The notes below the pieces were generated by a model. The model worked only from the letters and a program-made list of their open reading frames with translations. It did no database searches and was not told the origin of the DNA. DNA of 64,000 nt from a bacterium BRH_c32. GTDB taxonomy: Bacteria; Bacteroidota; Ignavibacteria; Ignavibacteriales; Melioribacteraceae. Below are positions 45,208 to 55,632 of this stretch, in pieces (within the stretch, counting starts at the first letter, position 1; each line of letters opens with the position of its first letter). The position numbers were made by a program, and so were the translations under genes. The stretch spans positions 15,468 to 79,467 of the forward strand of contig LOEU01000034.1 of NCBI GenBank assembly GCA_001516025.1, read 5' to 3'.

Positions 45208-47598
45208 TTACCGTTTCGGGGAGCTTCCCATTACAAATTTTAAGATGCCTCCCTCGATAATATCATCATGATTGATATTATAATTATCGATTGTTTTTCC
45301 ATTTAATTCAACTGACTGAATATAAATATTTTCTTTTAATTTTCTATCTGCAATAATAGTAAAAATTTTACCATTTGAAAGTGCGATTTCAGCTTTATCA
45401 AATAATGGAGTCCCGATGCTATATTTTTGATTAGCCGGATTTACAGGATAGAAACCGAGAGCAGAAAAGATGTACCAAGCAGACATCTGACCGCAATCTT
45501 CATTACCTGAAAGTCCTTCGGGCTTGTCGCTATAAAGCGTTGTGATTATTTTGTTGATTATTCTCTGCGTTTTCCATGGAGTGTCGCAATAATTATAAAG
45601 ATAAGCTATATGATGGCTCGGCTCATTTCCATGGGCGTATTGACCGATCAAGCCCGAGATATCGGAAGATGCATTCTCTCCATCAATTTTGGAATCAATT
45701 GTGAAAAGAGAATCGAGTTTCTCATCGAAGGCAACTTTACTACCGATTAGATTTATAAGTCCCGGAATATCATGCGGTGCAAACCAACTATACTGCCACG
45801 CATTACCCTCGGTAAAAATATCATCGCGGTGATTAGAATATCGAGGATTAAATGGCTCTTTCCATTTTCCATCTGAATTTTTACCGCGCATAAACTTAAG
45901 CGAAGAATCGAAAAAGTTTTTATAGTTATTTGAACGACTTAAAAAATAATTATAGTCTTTATCTTTATTGAGATGTTTAGCAATTTGAGCAATGCACCAA
46001 TCATCATAAGCATATTCCAAACCTTTCGAGACTGATTCATTCTCTTTATCGGAAGGAATGTAGCCTAGTTCTTTCCAATATTTTAGACCTAGTTTATCTT
46101 GCATAGCACTTTTTTTCATAGCTTCATAAGCAAGATTAATATCGAATCCATTAAAACCTTTTAGTATTGCATCAGTAATTACGGGGATTGCGTGATAACC
46201 AATCATAGTGCCGGTTTCATTGCCCATCAGTTCCCATACAGGAAGCAGACCTGTCTCTTTATAATGTCCGAGCATCGAATTGATAAAGTCGTTTATTCTA
46301 TCCGGAATTATTAATGTAAAGAGCGGGTGTGCGGCACGGAAAGTATCCCAAAGAGAAAAAATTGTATATCTATTATATCCATTAGTGTTGTGTGTGGAAC
46401 CATTAGCGGCTTTGTAATTTCCAACAACATCGCTATAAAGCGAAGGGGCGATTAGCGAATGATAGAGTGCTGTATAAAAAGTTCTTTTTGCAGATTCATC
46501 ATCTGTTGTAATTTTAATTTTCTGAAGTTCGCTTTCCCAAAGAATATTAGCGTGATTGACGACTGCTTCAAAATTCCAATTGAATTTATCAGTAAGAAAA
46601 TTCTTTTTTGCTCCTTCGATGCTTGCCGACGAGACAGCCGTTTTTACAAGTATCGTATCATTAGCGTTGGTATTATATTTTAGTAAGAGGCGGAGTTTTT
46701 TACCATGTGCTTCTTTCTTATGTGCTATGCCATAGTGTGTATTACTAGCTTTGACTTGCTTACCGGTTATCTCTTTATGAGATATTCCTTTTTTATTTAA
46801 TACACCGGAATTTGCTTCATCTGTTTTTACTTCAACCGTATTCTGACTAACCGATTTTTCTCCACCCGCACTACCCAATTTCATCCCCTCAGGGTTGATA
46901 GAAATTTCTTTGTCCGAGGATAAAATAAAAGAAGAGAACGGTCTTGAAAAATGGGTAGTGAAATAAACCTTTTGATCGGTCGCCCACCCTTTAGAAAATC
47001 GATAGCCCGAAATTGTTGTATCATTTTCTATTCTTATATAAGTATCGGTAGGGCTATCCCAATTAATTGCAAAACCTAAATCAAGCATTATATAAGCATT
47101 TTCTGCTTGAGGAAAAGTATATTTTTGAATCCCGGTGCGTTCGGTGGCGGTTAATTCAACTTTTATTTTTGACTCTTCTAATTGAACGGAATAATATCCT
47201 GCGGATGCAGTTTCATTGCTGTGTGAAAATTTGGATTGAACTTTTTCGGGGAGTGATACAGATGTTAATTCCTTCTCGGAAATAAAGGGGATAAACGAAA
47301 TATCGCAAAGATCGCCTATTCCCGTTCCGCTTAAATGTGTGTGCGAAAATCCCGTAATGAGCGAATCGGAATAATTATAACCGGAGCACCAATCCCAACC
47401 GCTTCGTCCGTTATCGGGACTAAGTTGGATCATCCCGAAAGGTGTTACTGCACCGGGGAATGTATGCCCGTGTCCGGCCGTACCGATGAAAGGATCGATA
47501 TATTTTGTTAATCCTTGTTTATAAGAATTATTTGTTTGTGCTTGTAATGTCGCTGCTATTATTAGCACTACTAGCAGTATTTTTTTCATAGTAATCAT
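45208..47598 (-). CDS. GH92 alpha-mannosidase
   Basis: 796 aa with a signal peptide and the GH92 N-terminal hallmark YIDPFIGTAGHGHTFPGAVTPFGMIQLSPD. Further family-typical blocks include GNEPSHH. Confidence 0.9.
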   Translation of the reverse strand: MITMKKILLVVLIIAATLQAQTNNSYKQGLTKYIDPFIGTAGHGHTFPGAVTPFGMIQLSPDNGRSGWDWCSGYNYSDSLITGFSHTHLSGTGIGDLCDISFIPFISEKELTSVSLPEKVQSKFSHSNETASAGYYSVQLEESKIKVELTATERTGIQKYTFPQAENAYIMLDLGFAINWDSPTDTYIRIENDTTISGYRFSKGWATDQKVYFTTHFSRPFSSFILSSDKEISINPEGMKLGSAGGEKSVSQNTVEVKTDEANSGVLNKKGISHKEITGKQVKASNTHYGIAHKKEAHGKKLRLLLKYNTNANDTILVKTAVSSASIEGAKKNFLTDKFNWNFEAVVNHANILWESELQKIKITTDDESAKRTFYTALYHSLIAPSLYSDVVGNYKAANGSTHNTNGYNRYTIFSLWDTFRAAHPLFTLIIPDRINDFINSMLGHYKETGLLPVWELMGNETGTMIGYHAIPVITDAILKGFNGFDINLAYEAMKKSAMQDKLGLKYWKELGYIPSDKENESVSKGLEYAYDDWCIAQIAKHLNKDKDYNYFLSRSNNYKNFFDSSLKFMRGKNSDGKWKEPFNPRYSNHRDDIFTEGNAWQYSWFAPHDIPGLINLIGSKVAFDEKLDSLFTIDSKIDGENASSDISGLIGQYAHGNEPSHHIAYLYNYCDTPWKTQRIINKIITTLYSDKPEGLSGNEDCGQMSAWYIFSALGFYPVNPANQKYSIGTPLFDKAEIALSNGKIFTIIADRKLKENIYIQSVELNGKTIDNYNINHDDIIEGGILKFVMGSSPKR

Positions 47599-49088
47599 CC
47601 CTTTAAAAGCATCGGATAATCATTATGAATTTTTATAATGAGTTCACCGAATAATGTATTAGCCCAAGCGAACCAAGAGCGCGAGAACTTTTCAGGATTA
47701 TTTTTATTGAAAGATTCGTGCATAAATCCGGTATTAGCATGTGTGGTTTTAAGAGTGTGAAGACATTTTTTAATCTCTTCTTTGCTATCGGAAGTAAGTG
47801 CTTGCATAATAATTGAGAGATGCCAAATTTGATCAACTCCCGCATGCGGTCCTCCGATTCCTTCACCTGCGCTCCCTTTAAAAAAATAGGGATTCGATTC
47901 ACTTAATAAAAATTTGCGTGTGTTTTTATAAAGAGGATTTTCTTTCTCGATTGCATCAAGGTAGGGAAGCGAGAGTAAACTCGGTATATTGGCATCATCC
48001 ATAAATAGTTGATTGCCATATCCATCGACTTCATAAGGGATTATTTTACCAAAATTAAGATGATCCGAATAGGCGAATTTATTTAATGCTTTTTCCACTT
48101 CATCTGCAAGTAGGGAGCATTCATTCGCAAATGATTTATCATTCTTTACTTTTATTAATATTTCTGCGAGTTGCCTCAGAGAAACTACCGCAAAATAATT
48201 TGATGGAATAAGGAAAGAGAAAATAGTAGCATCATCGGAGGGACGGAAGATAGATACAATTAATCCTACTGGTACGATTGGATTTCCATATCCGCCGCCT
48301 GCTACTGTATCGGATTGCCATCCCGTTACTCTTTGGAATTTATATGGTGATTTTTGATTGCCCTCTTTTCGCTGCTGTTCTTTGAAAGTCTTTAGAACGA
48401 GCTTCATAGCATTATACCATTCATCATTAAATGGAGAAGAGTCGCTTGTGGTTTTCCAATAATTATATGATAAGCGAATTGGATAACAGAGCGAATCGAT
48501 TTCCCATTTTCTTTCGTGAAGTTCCGGTTTCATATCCGTCAGATCGCTCATCCATTCAGAATGTCCCGGACCGTCATTAAAGGCATTTGCATAAGGATCA
48601 ATTAGGATACATTTTGCCTGTCTATTAATTACGCCTGCAATAAGATCCTTTAATTTTTTGTCTTCTTTTGTTAAAGGGAGATAAGGAAAAACTTGTGCAG
48701 TGGAATCTCGAAGCCACATAGCATTTATATCACCCGTAATTACAAACGTATCGGGTTTGCCATCTATATATTTAAAAGTTACCGTGGTATCGAGTGTATT
48801 AGGGAAGCAATTCTCGAACATCCAAGCAAGCTCATCATCTGAAATGTCTTTTTTAATCTCGGCGATTTTAGCTTCTACTGCCTCGCTGGTGAATTTTCTT
48901 TCTGATAAAGGAGGACGTTTGCTAATAAAGTCTGAGGCAGGGGATAAAAGAGAATTCGGCATTGCAGTTTTCCGCATTCTATCGTGAATAAAATCATTGC
49001 TTAGTCCAATAGCAAGAGTGTTTCCTGATATTGCTAGTCCTGCTGCTGCAAGTCCGCCTGCTTTAATAAAATCTCTTCTCGATGGCAT
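47595..49088 (-). CDS. GH125 (DUF1237) exo-alpha-1,6-mannosidase with twin-arginine signal
   Basis: 497 aa with Tat motif SRRDFIKAGGLAAAGLA and the GH125-type segment GDINAMWLRDSTAQ. ATGA overlap with the GH92 gene. Confidence 0.85.
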   Translation of the reverse strand: MPSRRDFIKAGGLAAAGLAISGNTLAIGLSNDFIHDRMRKTAMPNSLLSPASDFISKRPPLSERKFTSEAVEAKIAEIKKDISDDELAWMFENCFPNTLDTTVTFKYIDGKPDTFVITGDINAMWLRDSTAQVFPYLPLTKEDKKLKDLIAGVINRQAKCILIDPYANAFNDGPGHSEWMSDLTDMKPELHERKWEIDSLCYPIRLSYNYWKTTSDSSPFNDEWYNAMKLVLKTFKEQQRKEGNQKSPYKFQRVTGWQSDTVAGGGYGNPIVPVGLIVSIFRPSDDATIFSFLIPSNYFAVVSLRQLAEILIKVKNDKSFANECSLLADEVEKALNKFAYSDHLNFGKIIPYEVDGYGNQLFMDDANIPSLLSLPYLDAIEKENPLYKNTRKFLLSESNPYFFKGSAGEGIGGPHAGVDQIWHLSIIMQALTSDSKEEIKKCLHTLKTTHANTGFMHESFNKNNPEKFSRSWFAWANTLFGELIIKIHNDYPMLLKG

Positions 49089-49432
49089 AAAATGTCCTAT
49101 ACGTAATTAGTCGGATTAGTTATTAAGAAAATTACACATTCTAAGATAAAAGTGAAATTATTTTATTTTCAGAGATGAGGAGCGCGGGCTATTTAAATGA
49201 ATATTTCAAAGAAGTAATCTTAAGAATATTCATGAAATATAGAGTTATTTCCTATTTGTATATTTCATTTCTGCCGCTTCATTTTGAATTCCAACACCAT
49301 GCATAGCTTGCCTCCACTGTTTTACCAATAGTTGTAACTTTCAATTTGGCATCAATTAAATCAAGGAACATTACCAATATTCACAGTGATAAATATTATT
49401 AAATTGAGTAAATTAGTTAATTATAAAAAAAT

Positions 49433-49504
49433 GCCCCCGTAGCTCAGTGGATAGAGCATTGGTCTCCGAAGCCATGCGCGCAGGTTCGATTCCCGCCGGG
49501 GGTA
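49433..49504 (+). tRNA. tRNA-Arg (anticodon CCG)
   Basis: Manual cloverleaf: acceptor GCCCCCG/CGGGGGT (G1-U72 wobble), D arm GCTC-AGTGGATA-GAGC, anticodon loop CTCCGAA, T arm GCAGG-TTCGATT-CCCGC (one A-C mismatch). No encoded CCA. Confidence 0.85.
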
Positions 49505-49749
49505 CAAACTGAATTTTTCTATTTTTATTTGATTCTATTTGAGTTTATGCCATATTAAAAATATGGCAGGTCAAAAATAAATCCATTAAACTCTCTTAAA
49601 ATAGAATATAAAGGCAAATTATCCGCTAATAACCTGTTTTAAAAGAGGAAATCGTTAAAAATCTTCAAGTTCGATAGAAAGTCCTTTTTTATATATTCAA
49701 AAATGTTCTTATACTTACAGATTAATTTTTATTTTATTTGGACATTAGT

Positions 49750-51099
49750 ATGGGATATATCAGAATTAAGAAAGGTTTAGACCTGCCATTAACCGGTAAG
49801 CCAAAACAAGAATTATCCGAAACAAAACTTCCCAAACGTGTTGCTCTTATCGGATCAGACTATGTCGGTCTTAAACCGACTATGAATGTTGCCGAGGGCG
49901 ATATCGTTAAATTAGGTGATCTCCTTTTCACCGATAAAAAAATAGAAGGGGTAAAATATACTTCACCCGGTTCCGGTAAGGTTATTCAAATCAATCGAGG
50001 CGAAAAAAGAGTTTTTAATTCGCTCGTGATTGAACTCTCCGGTAATGATGAAAATAAATATAAGTCATATTCCGAAAAAGAACTTAGCAATCTGAGCGTA
50101 GATCAGGTAAAGGAATTATTAATCGATTCCGGTGCGTGGACATCATTGAGAACACGTCCATTCAGTAAGGTTGCCAGTCCGAAAAACACACCCCACTCCA
50201 TTTTCGTTACTGCAATGGATACTAATCCATTAGCTCCTTCGGTTGAGAAAATATTAGAGGGCAATGAGAATCATTTCAAAAATGGTTTAACGGTAATTTC
50301 TAAGCTTACGAACGGGAAAGTGTTCCTATGCAAAGCTAAGGATGCTAAGATTCCTGCTCCGGACTTAACTCAATTATTCGTTGAGGAATTTGAGGGTCCG
50401 CACCCTGCGGGACTTGTAGGAACACATATTCATTTCCTTGATCCGGTAGGGAGACAAAAAACAGTTTGGCATTTAAATGCCCAAGATGTTGTGGCAATCG
50501 GATATCTCTTTACCACAGGCTCTATAATGACCGAAAGAATTGTAGCTCTCTCGGGAAGTGCATTTAAGAATCCAAGATTAATAAAGACAAGAACAGGCGC
50601 AGCAATTGCCGACATTATAGATGGCGAATTAAATGCAGGTGATAATAGATTAATTTCAGGTTCAGTTTTATCAGGATATAAAGCCGATGGTGATTTTGGA
50701 TATCTTGGAAAATATGATCAGCAGATCTCTGCAATTCCGGAAAATAAAGAGCGTGTACTTTTCGGATGGGCATCTTTAGGTTCTAATCTCTATTCAATGA
50801 AAAATGTTGTTATCTCAAAATTGTTTCCTAATAAAAAAATTGAATTTGATACCGCCCTCAATGGAGGTAAAAGAGCAATTGTTCCTAGTGGCAATTTTGA
50901 AGCGGTCATTCCTCTCGATATTATTCCGACATACCTATTTAGAGCAATGGCAGTAAATGATGTAGAGGAAGCCGAAAAACTTGGTCTATTAGAATTAGAT
51001 GAAGAAGATTTGGCATTAGCTACTTTCTCTTGTCCATCGAAATTAGAATATGGACCAATGCTAAGAGAAAATTTATCAATTATTGAAAAGGAAGGTTAA
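49750..51099 (+). CDS. nqrA: Na+-translocating NADH:quinone oxidoreductase subunit A
   Basis: The track starts at TTG 49738. ATG 49750 gives the typical MGYIRIKKGLDLPLTG N-terminus. It is the first gene of an nqrABCDEF array. Confidence 0.9.
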   Translation: MGYIRIKKGLDLPLTGKPKQELSETKLPKRVALIGSDYVGLKPTMNVAEGDIVKLGDLLFTDKKIEGVKYTSPGSGKVIQINRGEKRVFNSLVIELSGNDENKYKSYSEKELSNLSVDQVKELLIDSGAWTSLRTRPFSKVASPKNTPHSIFVTAMDTNPLAPSVEKILEGNENHFKNGLTVISKLTNGKVFLCKAKDAKIPAPDLTQLFVEEFEGPHPAGLVGTHIHFLDPVGRQKTVWHLNAQDVVAIGYLFTTGSIMTERIVALSGSAFKNPRLIKTRTGAAIADIIDGELNAGDNRLISGSVLSGYKADGDFGYLGKYDQQISAIPENKERVLFGWASLGSNLYSMKNVVISKLFPNKKIEFDTALNGGKRAIVPSGNFEAVIPLDIIPTYLFRAMAVNDVEEAEKLGLLELDEEDLALATFSCPSKLEYGPMLRENLSIIEKEG

Positions 51100-51103
51100 T
51101 TAA

Positions 51104-52315
51104 GTGAAATTCTTAAGAACTTTTTTAGATAATCAGGAGAAGTATTTTCATAAGGGAGCGAAATTAGAAAAATTATATCCTCTTTATGAAGCGATTGATA
51201 CCTTCTTATATACATCCGGGAGCGTTACTTCCAAGGCATCACACGTAAGGGATGCAATGGACTTAAAACGAATGATGCTGATGGTTGTAATTGCGTTAGT
51301 ACCAGCAGTTATAATGGCACTTTTTAATACAGGTTATCAAGCAAATCTCGGGTTAAAAGAACTTGGTTTGGCTACTTCGCCACATTGGCAATCACAAGTA
51401 GTGGAATGGCTTGGCTTAGGACATGATCCTAATAGCTGGCTTGCAAATATGGTTTTCGGTGCTCTTTATTTCTTCCCTGTATATATAGTTACTTTGGCAG
51501 TGGGTGGATTTTGGGAAGTACTTTTCGCTGTGATTCGAAAACATGAAATTAATGAAGGATTTTTTGTTACATCTCTTTTGTTCCCATTAATATTGCCTCC
51601 AAACATTCCTTACTGGCAGGTAGCAATAGGAATTTCTTTCGGCGTTGTAGTTGGAAAAGAGATTTTTGGCGGTGTAGGAATGAATATTTTGAACCCTGCA
51701 TTAACAGCAAGAGCATTTTTATTCTTCGCTTATCCTGCGCAAATTTCGGGAGATAAGGTGTGGGTGGCTGTTGATGGTTTAAGTAAAGCAACACCTTTAG
51801 CTCAATTCGCTGATCCGGTTGTTACGATTGCCCATGGAACCTATTCATTGTGGGATTCGTTTATCGGTTTAATTCCTGGCTCGATGGGAGAAACATCTGC
51901 TTTGGCATGTTTGATCGGCGCAATTATTTTAATTGTCTCCAAGGTCGGTTCTTGGCGAATAATGGTAAGCATTTTATTAGGAACGGTTTTCACCGTACTT
52001 CTATTTAATGTAATAGGAAGTTCGACTAATCCAATGTTTCAAGTTCCATTTTATTATCATTTTGTTTTAGGTGGATTTGCATTTGGAGCTGTATTTATGG
52101 CAACTGACCCGGTATCAGCTACATTTACTGATCAAGGAAAATGGATATATGGATTTTTAATAGGTGTAATGGTAATCTTAGTAAGAGTAGTGAATCCGGC
52201 ATTTCCTGAAGGAATGATGCTTGCGATCTTATTTATGAACGTATTTGCACCAATAATAGATAAGATATTTATAAACAAAAATATTAAGAGGAGGCTGGCA
52301 AGAAATGTCGTCTGA
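51104..52315 (+). CDS. nqrB: Na+-NQR subunit B
   Basis: 403 aa, polytopic, with the FMN-attachment-type motif [12 protein letters not shown] start after AAGGAAGG. Confidence 0.92.
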   Translation: MKFLRTFLDNQEKYFHKGAKLEKLYPLYEAIDTFLYTSGSVTSKASHVRDAMDLKRMMLMVVIALVPAVIMALFNTGYQANLGLKELGLATSPHWQSQVVEWLGLGHDPNSWLANMVFGALYFFPVYIVTLAVGGFWEVLFAVIRKHEINEGFFVTSLLFPLILPPNIPYWQVAIGISFGVVVGKEIFGGVGMNILNPALTARAFLFFAYPAQISGDKVWVAVDGLSKATPLAQFADPVVTIAHGTYSLWDSFIGLIPGSMGETSALACLIGAIILIVSKVGSWRIMVSILLGTVFTVLLFNVIGSSTNPMFQVPFYYHFVLGGFAFGAVFMATDPVSATFTDQGKWIYGFLIGVMVILVRVVNPAFPEGMMLAILFMNVFAPIIDKIFINKNIKRRLARNVV

Positions 52316-53111
52316 TAGCACAAAAAAAACAGTTTTGGTTGCTGCCGGTGTATGCTTCGTCTGCGCGATTTTAGTATCGTCAACGACTGTATCGCTCGCC
52401 CCTAAACAGGCAGTAAATAAAACTCTCGATAGAATTCAAAATATTTTAGCGGCGGGAGACGTTGAAGCTAATAATCAAGACCCACAGTTAATTTATAAAG
52501 AAAAAATTAAACCGGTTTTAATAGAAGTTGAATCGGGAAGAATCCTTGATAAAAGCGAATATACGGCTGACTTAAATCCAGAAAAATTCGATATCAAGAA
52601 AATGGTAAATATTTCCGAATTTACTTATCAAATTCCATCTTCTGAAGATAAGGCAGGTATTAAGAAAAGACCGAAATATATGGTGATCTATGAAGTAATA
52701 GGTGAGAATGAAGGTGTAGAGAAATATATTTTTCCTATTTATGGCAAAGGTCTTTGGTCAACTTTATATGGATTTATCTCCTTAGATAAAGAATTAAAGG
52801 TAGTAAAAGGAATTACATTCTATGAGCATGGAGAAACTCCGGGTCTCGGCGGTGAAGTGGATAACCCTAACTGGAAGGAAACTTGGAAAGGGAAAAAAGC
52901 TTTCAATGAAGATGGGAAAGTGATAATTCAAGTGATTAAAGGTAAAGTGGATCAAGGCTCTCCTCAAGCAGAACATCAGATCGATGGATTATCGGGTTCT
53001 ACTCTTACAACTCGCGGTGTGGATAACTTAGTAAGATATTGGTTAAGCGAAAATGGTTACGGACCATTCCTAAAATCTATGAGAGAGGGAGGCAACCATG
53101 AAAAAATATAA
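52305..53111 (+). CDS. nqrC: Na+-NQR subunit C
   Basis: 268 aa with a single N-terminal TM and the FMN-attachment motif [13 protein letters not shown]. Confidence 0.92.
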   Translation: MSSDSTKKTVLVAAGVCFVCAILVSSTTVSLAPKQAVNKTLDRIQNILAAGDVEANNQDPQLIYKEKIKPVLIEVESGRILDKSEYTADLNPEKFDIKKMVNISEFTYQIPSSEDKAGIKKRPKYMVIYEVIGENEGVEKYIFPIYGKGLWSTLYGFISLDKELKVVKGITFYEHGETPGLGGEVDNPNWKETWKGKKAFNEDGKVIIQVIKGKVDQGSPQAEHQIDGLSGSTLTTRGVDNLVRYWLSENGYGPFLKSMREGGNHEKI

Positions 53112-53718
53112 AGAGGTTTTACTCGATCCGATATTTAATAATAATCCGATTGCACTTCAGATTCTTGGAATCTGCTCGGCATTGGCTGTTACATCCAAAT
53201 TAGAAACTGCAGTAGTTATGTCCCTCGCAGTTACATTTGTTACCGCCTTGTCTAATTTTTCTGTAAGTTTAATCAGAAAAATTATTCCAAGCAGCATTAG
53301 AATTTTAGTTGAAATGACAATTATTGCATCGCTTGTAATTATAGCAGATCAGTTGATTAAAGCTTATGCATTTGATGTAAGTAAGCAGCTTTCAGTTTAT
53401 GTGGGATTGATTATTACGAACTGTATTGTAATGGGAAGAGCGGAAGCTTATGCTCTCCAAAATCCTCCCGTACAAAGTTTTGTAGATGGAATCGGTAATG
53501 GACTCGGATATTCATTTGTATTATTATTTGTAGGATTTTTTAGAGAATTATTAGGTTCGGGAAAATTATTAGGTTTTTCGATATTACCATTAACCACCGA
53601 AGGTGGCTGGTATATGTCTAATGGTCTTATGGTTCTAGCTCCGAGTGCATTTTTTATTATTGGATTTTTAATCTGGGGAATCCGCGCTTGGAAACCAGAA
53701 CAGAATGAGGAGGATTAA
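53098..53718 (+). CDS. nqrD: Na+-NQR subunit D
   Basis: 206 aa, six TM, RnfE/NqrD-type N-terminus [19 protein letters not shown]. Confidence 0.92.
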   Translation: MKKYKEVLLDPIFNNNPIALQILGICSALAVTSKLETAVVMSLAVTFVTALSNFSVSLIRKIIPSSIRILVEMTIIASLVIIADQLIKAYAFDVSKQLSVYVGLIITNCIVMGRAEAYALQNPPVQSFVDGIGNGLGYSFVLLFVGFFRELLGSGKLLGFSILPLTTEGGWYMSNGLMVLAPSAFFIIGFLIWGIRAWKPEQNEED

Positions 53719-53720
53719 GA

Positions 53721-54332
53721 ATGTTTGAACATTATTTAAGTCTTTTTATTAAATCGATTTTTATCGAAAATATGGCGTTAGCATTCTTTCTTGGAATGTG
53801 TACTTTTCTTGCCGTATCTAAAAGAGTTGAAACCTCTATTGGTCTTGGTATTGCAGTTATAGTTGTCCAAACTATAACTGTACCAATAAACAACCTTTTA
53901 TATCAGAATGTATTGAAAGAGGGAGCATTAGCTTGGGCAGGTCTTCCGGGACTTGATCTCTCATTCCTTGGTTTAATTACATATATCGGTACAATCGCAG
54001 CAATGGTACAGATTTTAGAGATGGTATTGGATAAATACGTTCCAAGTTTATATAACGCATTAGGGATTTTCCTTCCATTAATTACCGTAAACTGTGCAAT
54101 TCTTGCAGGTACTTTATTCATGGTGGAAAGGGATTATATGTTTGGCGAAAGTGTGGTTTATGGTGTTGGTTCAGGCACCGGTTGGGCATTAGCTATAATT
54201 GCACTTGCAGGAATTAGAGAAAAAATGAAATATAGCAATGTTCCAAAAGGATTAAGGGGTTTGGGAATTACTTTTATTACAGCCGGCTTGATGGCAATCG
54301 CTTTCATGCTATTTTCCGGTATTCAATTATAA
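53721..54332 (+). CDS. nqrE: Na+-NQR subunit E
   Basis: 203 aa, six TM, RnfA/NqrE-type sequence [20 protein letters not shown]. Confidence 0.92.
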   Translation: MFEHYLSLFIKSIFIENMALAFFLGMCTFLAVSKRVETSIGLGIAVIVVQTITVPINNLLYQNVLKEGALAWAGLPGLDLSFLGLITYIGTIAAMVQILEMVLDKYVPSLYNALGIFLPLITVNCAILAGTLFMVERDYMFGESVVYGVGSGTGWALAIIALAGIREKMKYSNVPKGLRGLGITFITAGLMAIAFMLFSGIQL

Positions 54333-54342
54333 GGAATTATTA

Positions 54343-55578
54343 ATGGACGGTTTAAGTATCGTACTCATTGGCGTTGTAATGTTTACTTTGATTGTGTTAC
54401 TCTTAGTAGCCATTATTCTATTTGCAAAATCGAAATTAGTGTCTTCAGGTTCTGTTACAATTAATATTAATGATGATCCTAATAAAGCATTAAAAGTGCC
54501 TATTGGTGGAAAATTATTAAACGTACTTGCGGATCAAAATATTTATTTACCATCAGCATGCGGTGGCGGCGGAACATGCGGCGAATGCAAATGCAAAGTG
54601 GTAGATGGAGGCGGAGACGTTCTCCCGACAGAAAAAACTAAGCTTAACAGAAAACAGATAAGAGAGCATTACAGATTATCATGTCAGGTACCCGTAAAGA
54701 CTGATTTAAAAATTGTAGTTCCTGCTGAAGTATTTGATATTAAAAAATGGGAATGTACAGTTAAATCTAATCATAACGTAGCTACTTTTATCAAAGAATT
54801 GGTTCTTACTTTACCTGAAGGAGAAGCAGTTGATTTCAGAGCGGGCGGTTATATCCAGATCGAAGCTCCCGAGCATGTAGTCAATTATTCTGATTTCGCA
54901 ATCGAAGAAGAATATAAAGATGCATGGGATCATTTTAATTTATGGAAATATAAATCGGTAGTGGATGAACCGGTCGTAAGAGCATATTCAATGGCGAGTT
55001 ATCCTGAAGAAAAGGGGATAATAATGTTAAACGTAAGAATAGCATCACCTCCTCCAAATATGCCTGATGTTCCTCCGGGAAAAATGTCTTCATTTATCTT
55101 TAATTTGAAGCCCGGTGATAAGGTAATAATCTCCGGTCCTTATGGAGAATTTTTTGCCAAAAAGACAAATGCAGAGATGGTATTTATAGGCGGTGGCGCC
55201 GGTATGGCTCCGATGCGCTCTCATATTTTTGATCAATTAAAGAGAATTGATACTAAGAGAAAGATGACTTTCTGGTATGGAGCAAGAAGTCTTAGAGAAA
55301 TTTTCTACAAAGAAGAATTTGATAAACTTGCCGAAGAGCATCCTAATTTTACATGGCATATTGCACTTTCTGAACCATTGCCGGATGATAATTGGACGGG
55401 ACTTACCGGATTTATCCATCAGGTGCTTCATGACGAATATCTAAAGAAACATCCGGCACCCGAGGATTGCGAATATTATTTGTGCGGACCTCCAATGATG
55501 AATGCGGCTGTTCTCAAAATGTTAGATAATCTTGGTGTTGAAAAAGATAATATAATGTTAGACGATTTCGGCGGTTAA
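54343..55578 (+). CDS. nqrF: Na+-NQR subunit F
   Basis: 411 aa with an N-terminal TM, 2Fe-2S motif [12 protein letters not shown]...C, FAD motif RAYSMAS and NAD-binding motif [10 protein letters not shown]. Confidence 0.95.
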   Translation: MDGLSIVLIGVVMFTLIVLLLVAIILFAKSKLVSSGSVTININDDPNKALKVPIGGKLLNVLADQNIYLPSACGGGGTCGECKCKVVDGGGDVLPTEKTKLNRKQIREHYRLSCQVPVKTDLKIVVPAEVFDIKKWECTVKSNHNVATFIKELVLTLPEGEAVDFRAGGYIQIEAPEHVVNYSDFAIEEEYKDAWDHFNLWKYKSVVDEPVVRAYSMASYPEEKGIIMLNVRIASPPPNMPDVPPGKMSSFIFNLKPGDKVIISGPYGEFFAKKTNAEMVFIGGGAGMAPMRSHIFDQLKRIDTKRKMTFWYGARSLREIFYKEEFDKLAEEHPNFTWHIALSEPLPDDNWTGLTGFIHQVLHDEYLKKHPAPEDCEYYLCGPPMMNAAVLKMLDNLGVEKDNIMLDDFGG

Positions 55579-55596
55579 GAATAAGGAAAATTTATT

Positions 55597-55618
55597 AGCC
55601 CATGCATCTGCATGGGCT
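55597..55618 (+). terminator. Terminator/attenuator-like hairpin between nqrF and apbE
   Basis: AGCCCATGCA (55597-55606) pairs with TGCATGGGCT (55609-55618), followed by TTTTATATATATA. Confidence 0.5.
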
Positions 55619-55632
55619 TTTATATATATACA

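Noticed and set aside
49089-49737. Long AT-rich non-coding flanks surround tRNA-Arg. They include a 30-codon minus-strand ORF (49279-49371, MFLDLIDAKLKVTTIGKTVEASYAWCWNSK) and a hairpin TGCCATAT/ATATGGCA (49548-49568). I considered whether this was an integration scar or mobile-element remnant.
   Set aside because: I could find no integrase, no direct repeat of the tRNA 3' end and no att-like duplication. The neighbouring genes (GH125, nqrA) are ordinary chromosomal genes. The hairpin lacks a U tract on either strand.
16558-55632. The tracked ORFs carry N-terminal extensions at 16558-16611, 21862-22023, 24633-24698, 25900-25914, 27636-27704, 45116-45178, 49738-49749 and 55612-55632.
   Set aside because: In each case an internal ATG with a better Shine-Dalgarno yields a canonical N-terminus (signal peptide, lipobox or family-typical start). 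Several extensions begin at TTG, overlap the upstream gene, or lie inside a hairpin.
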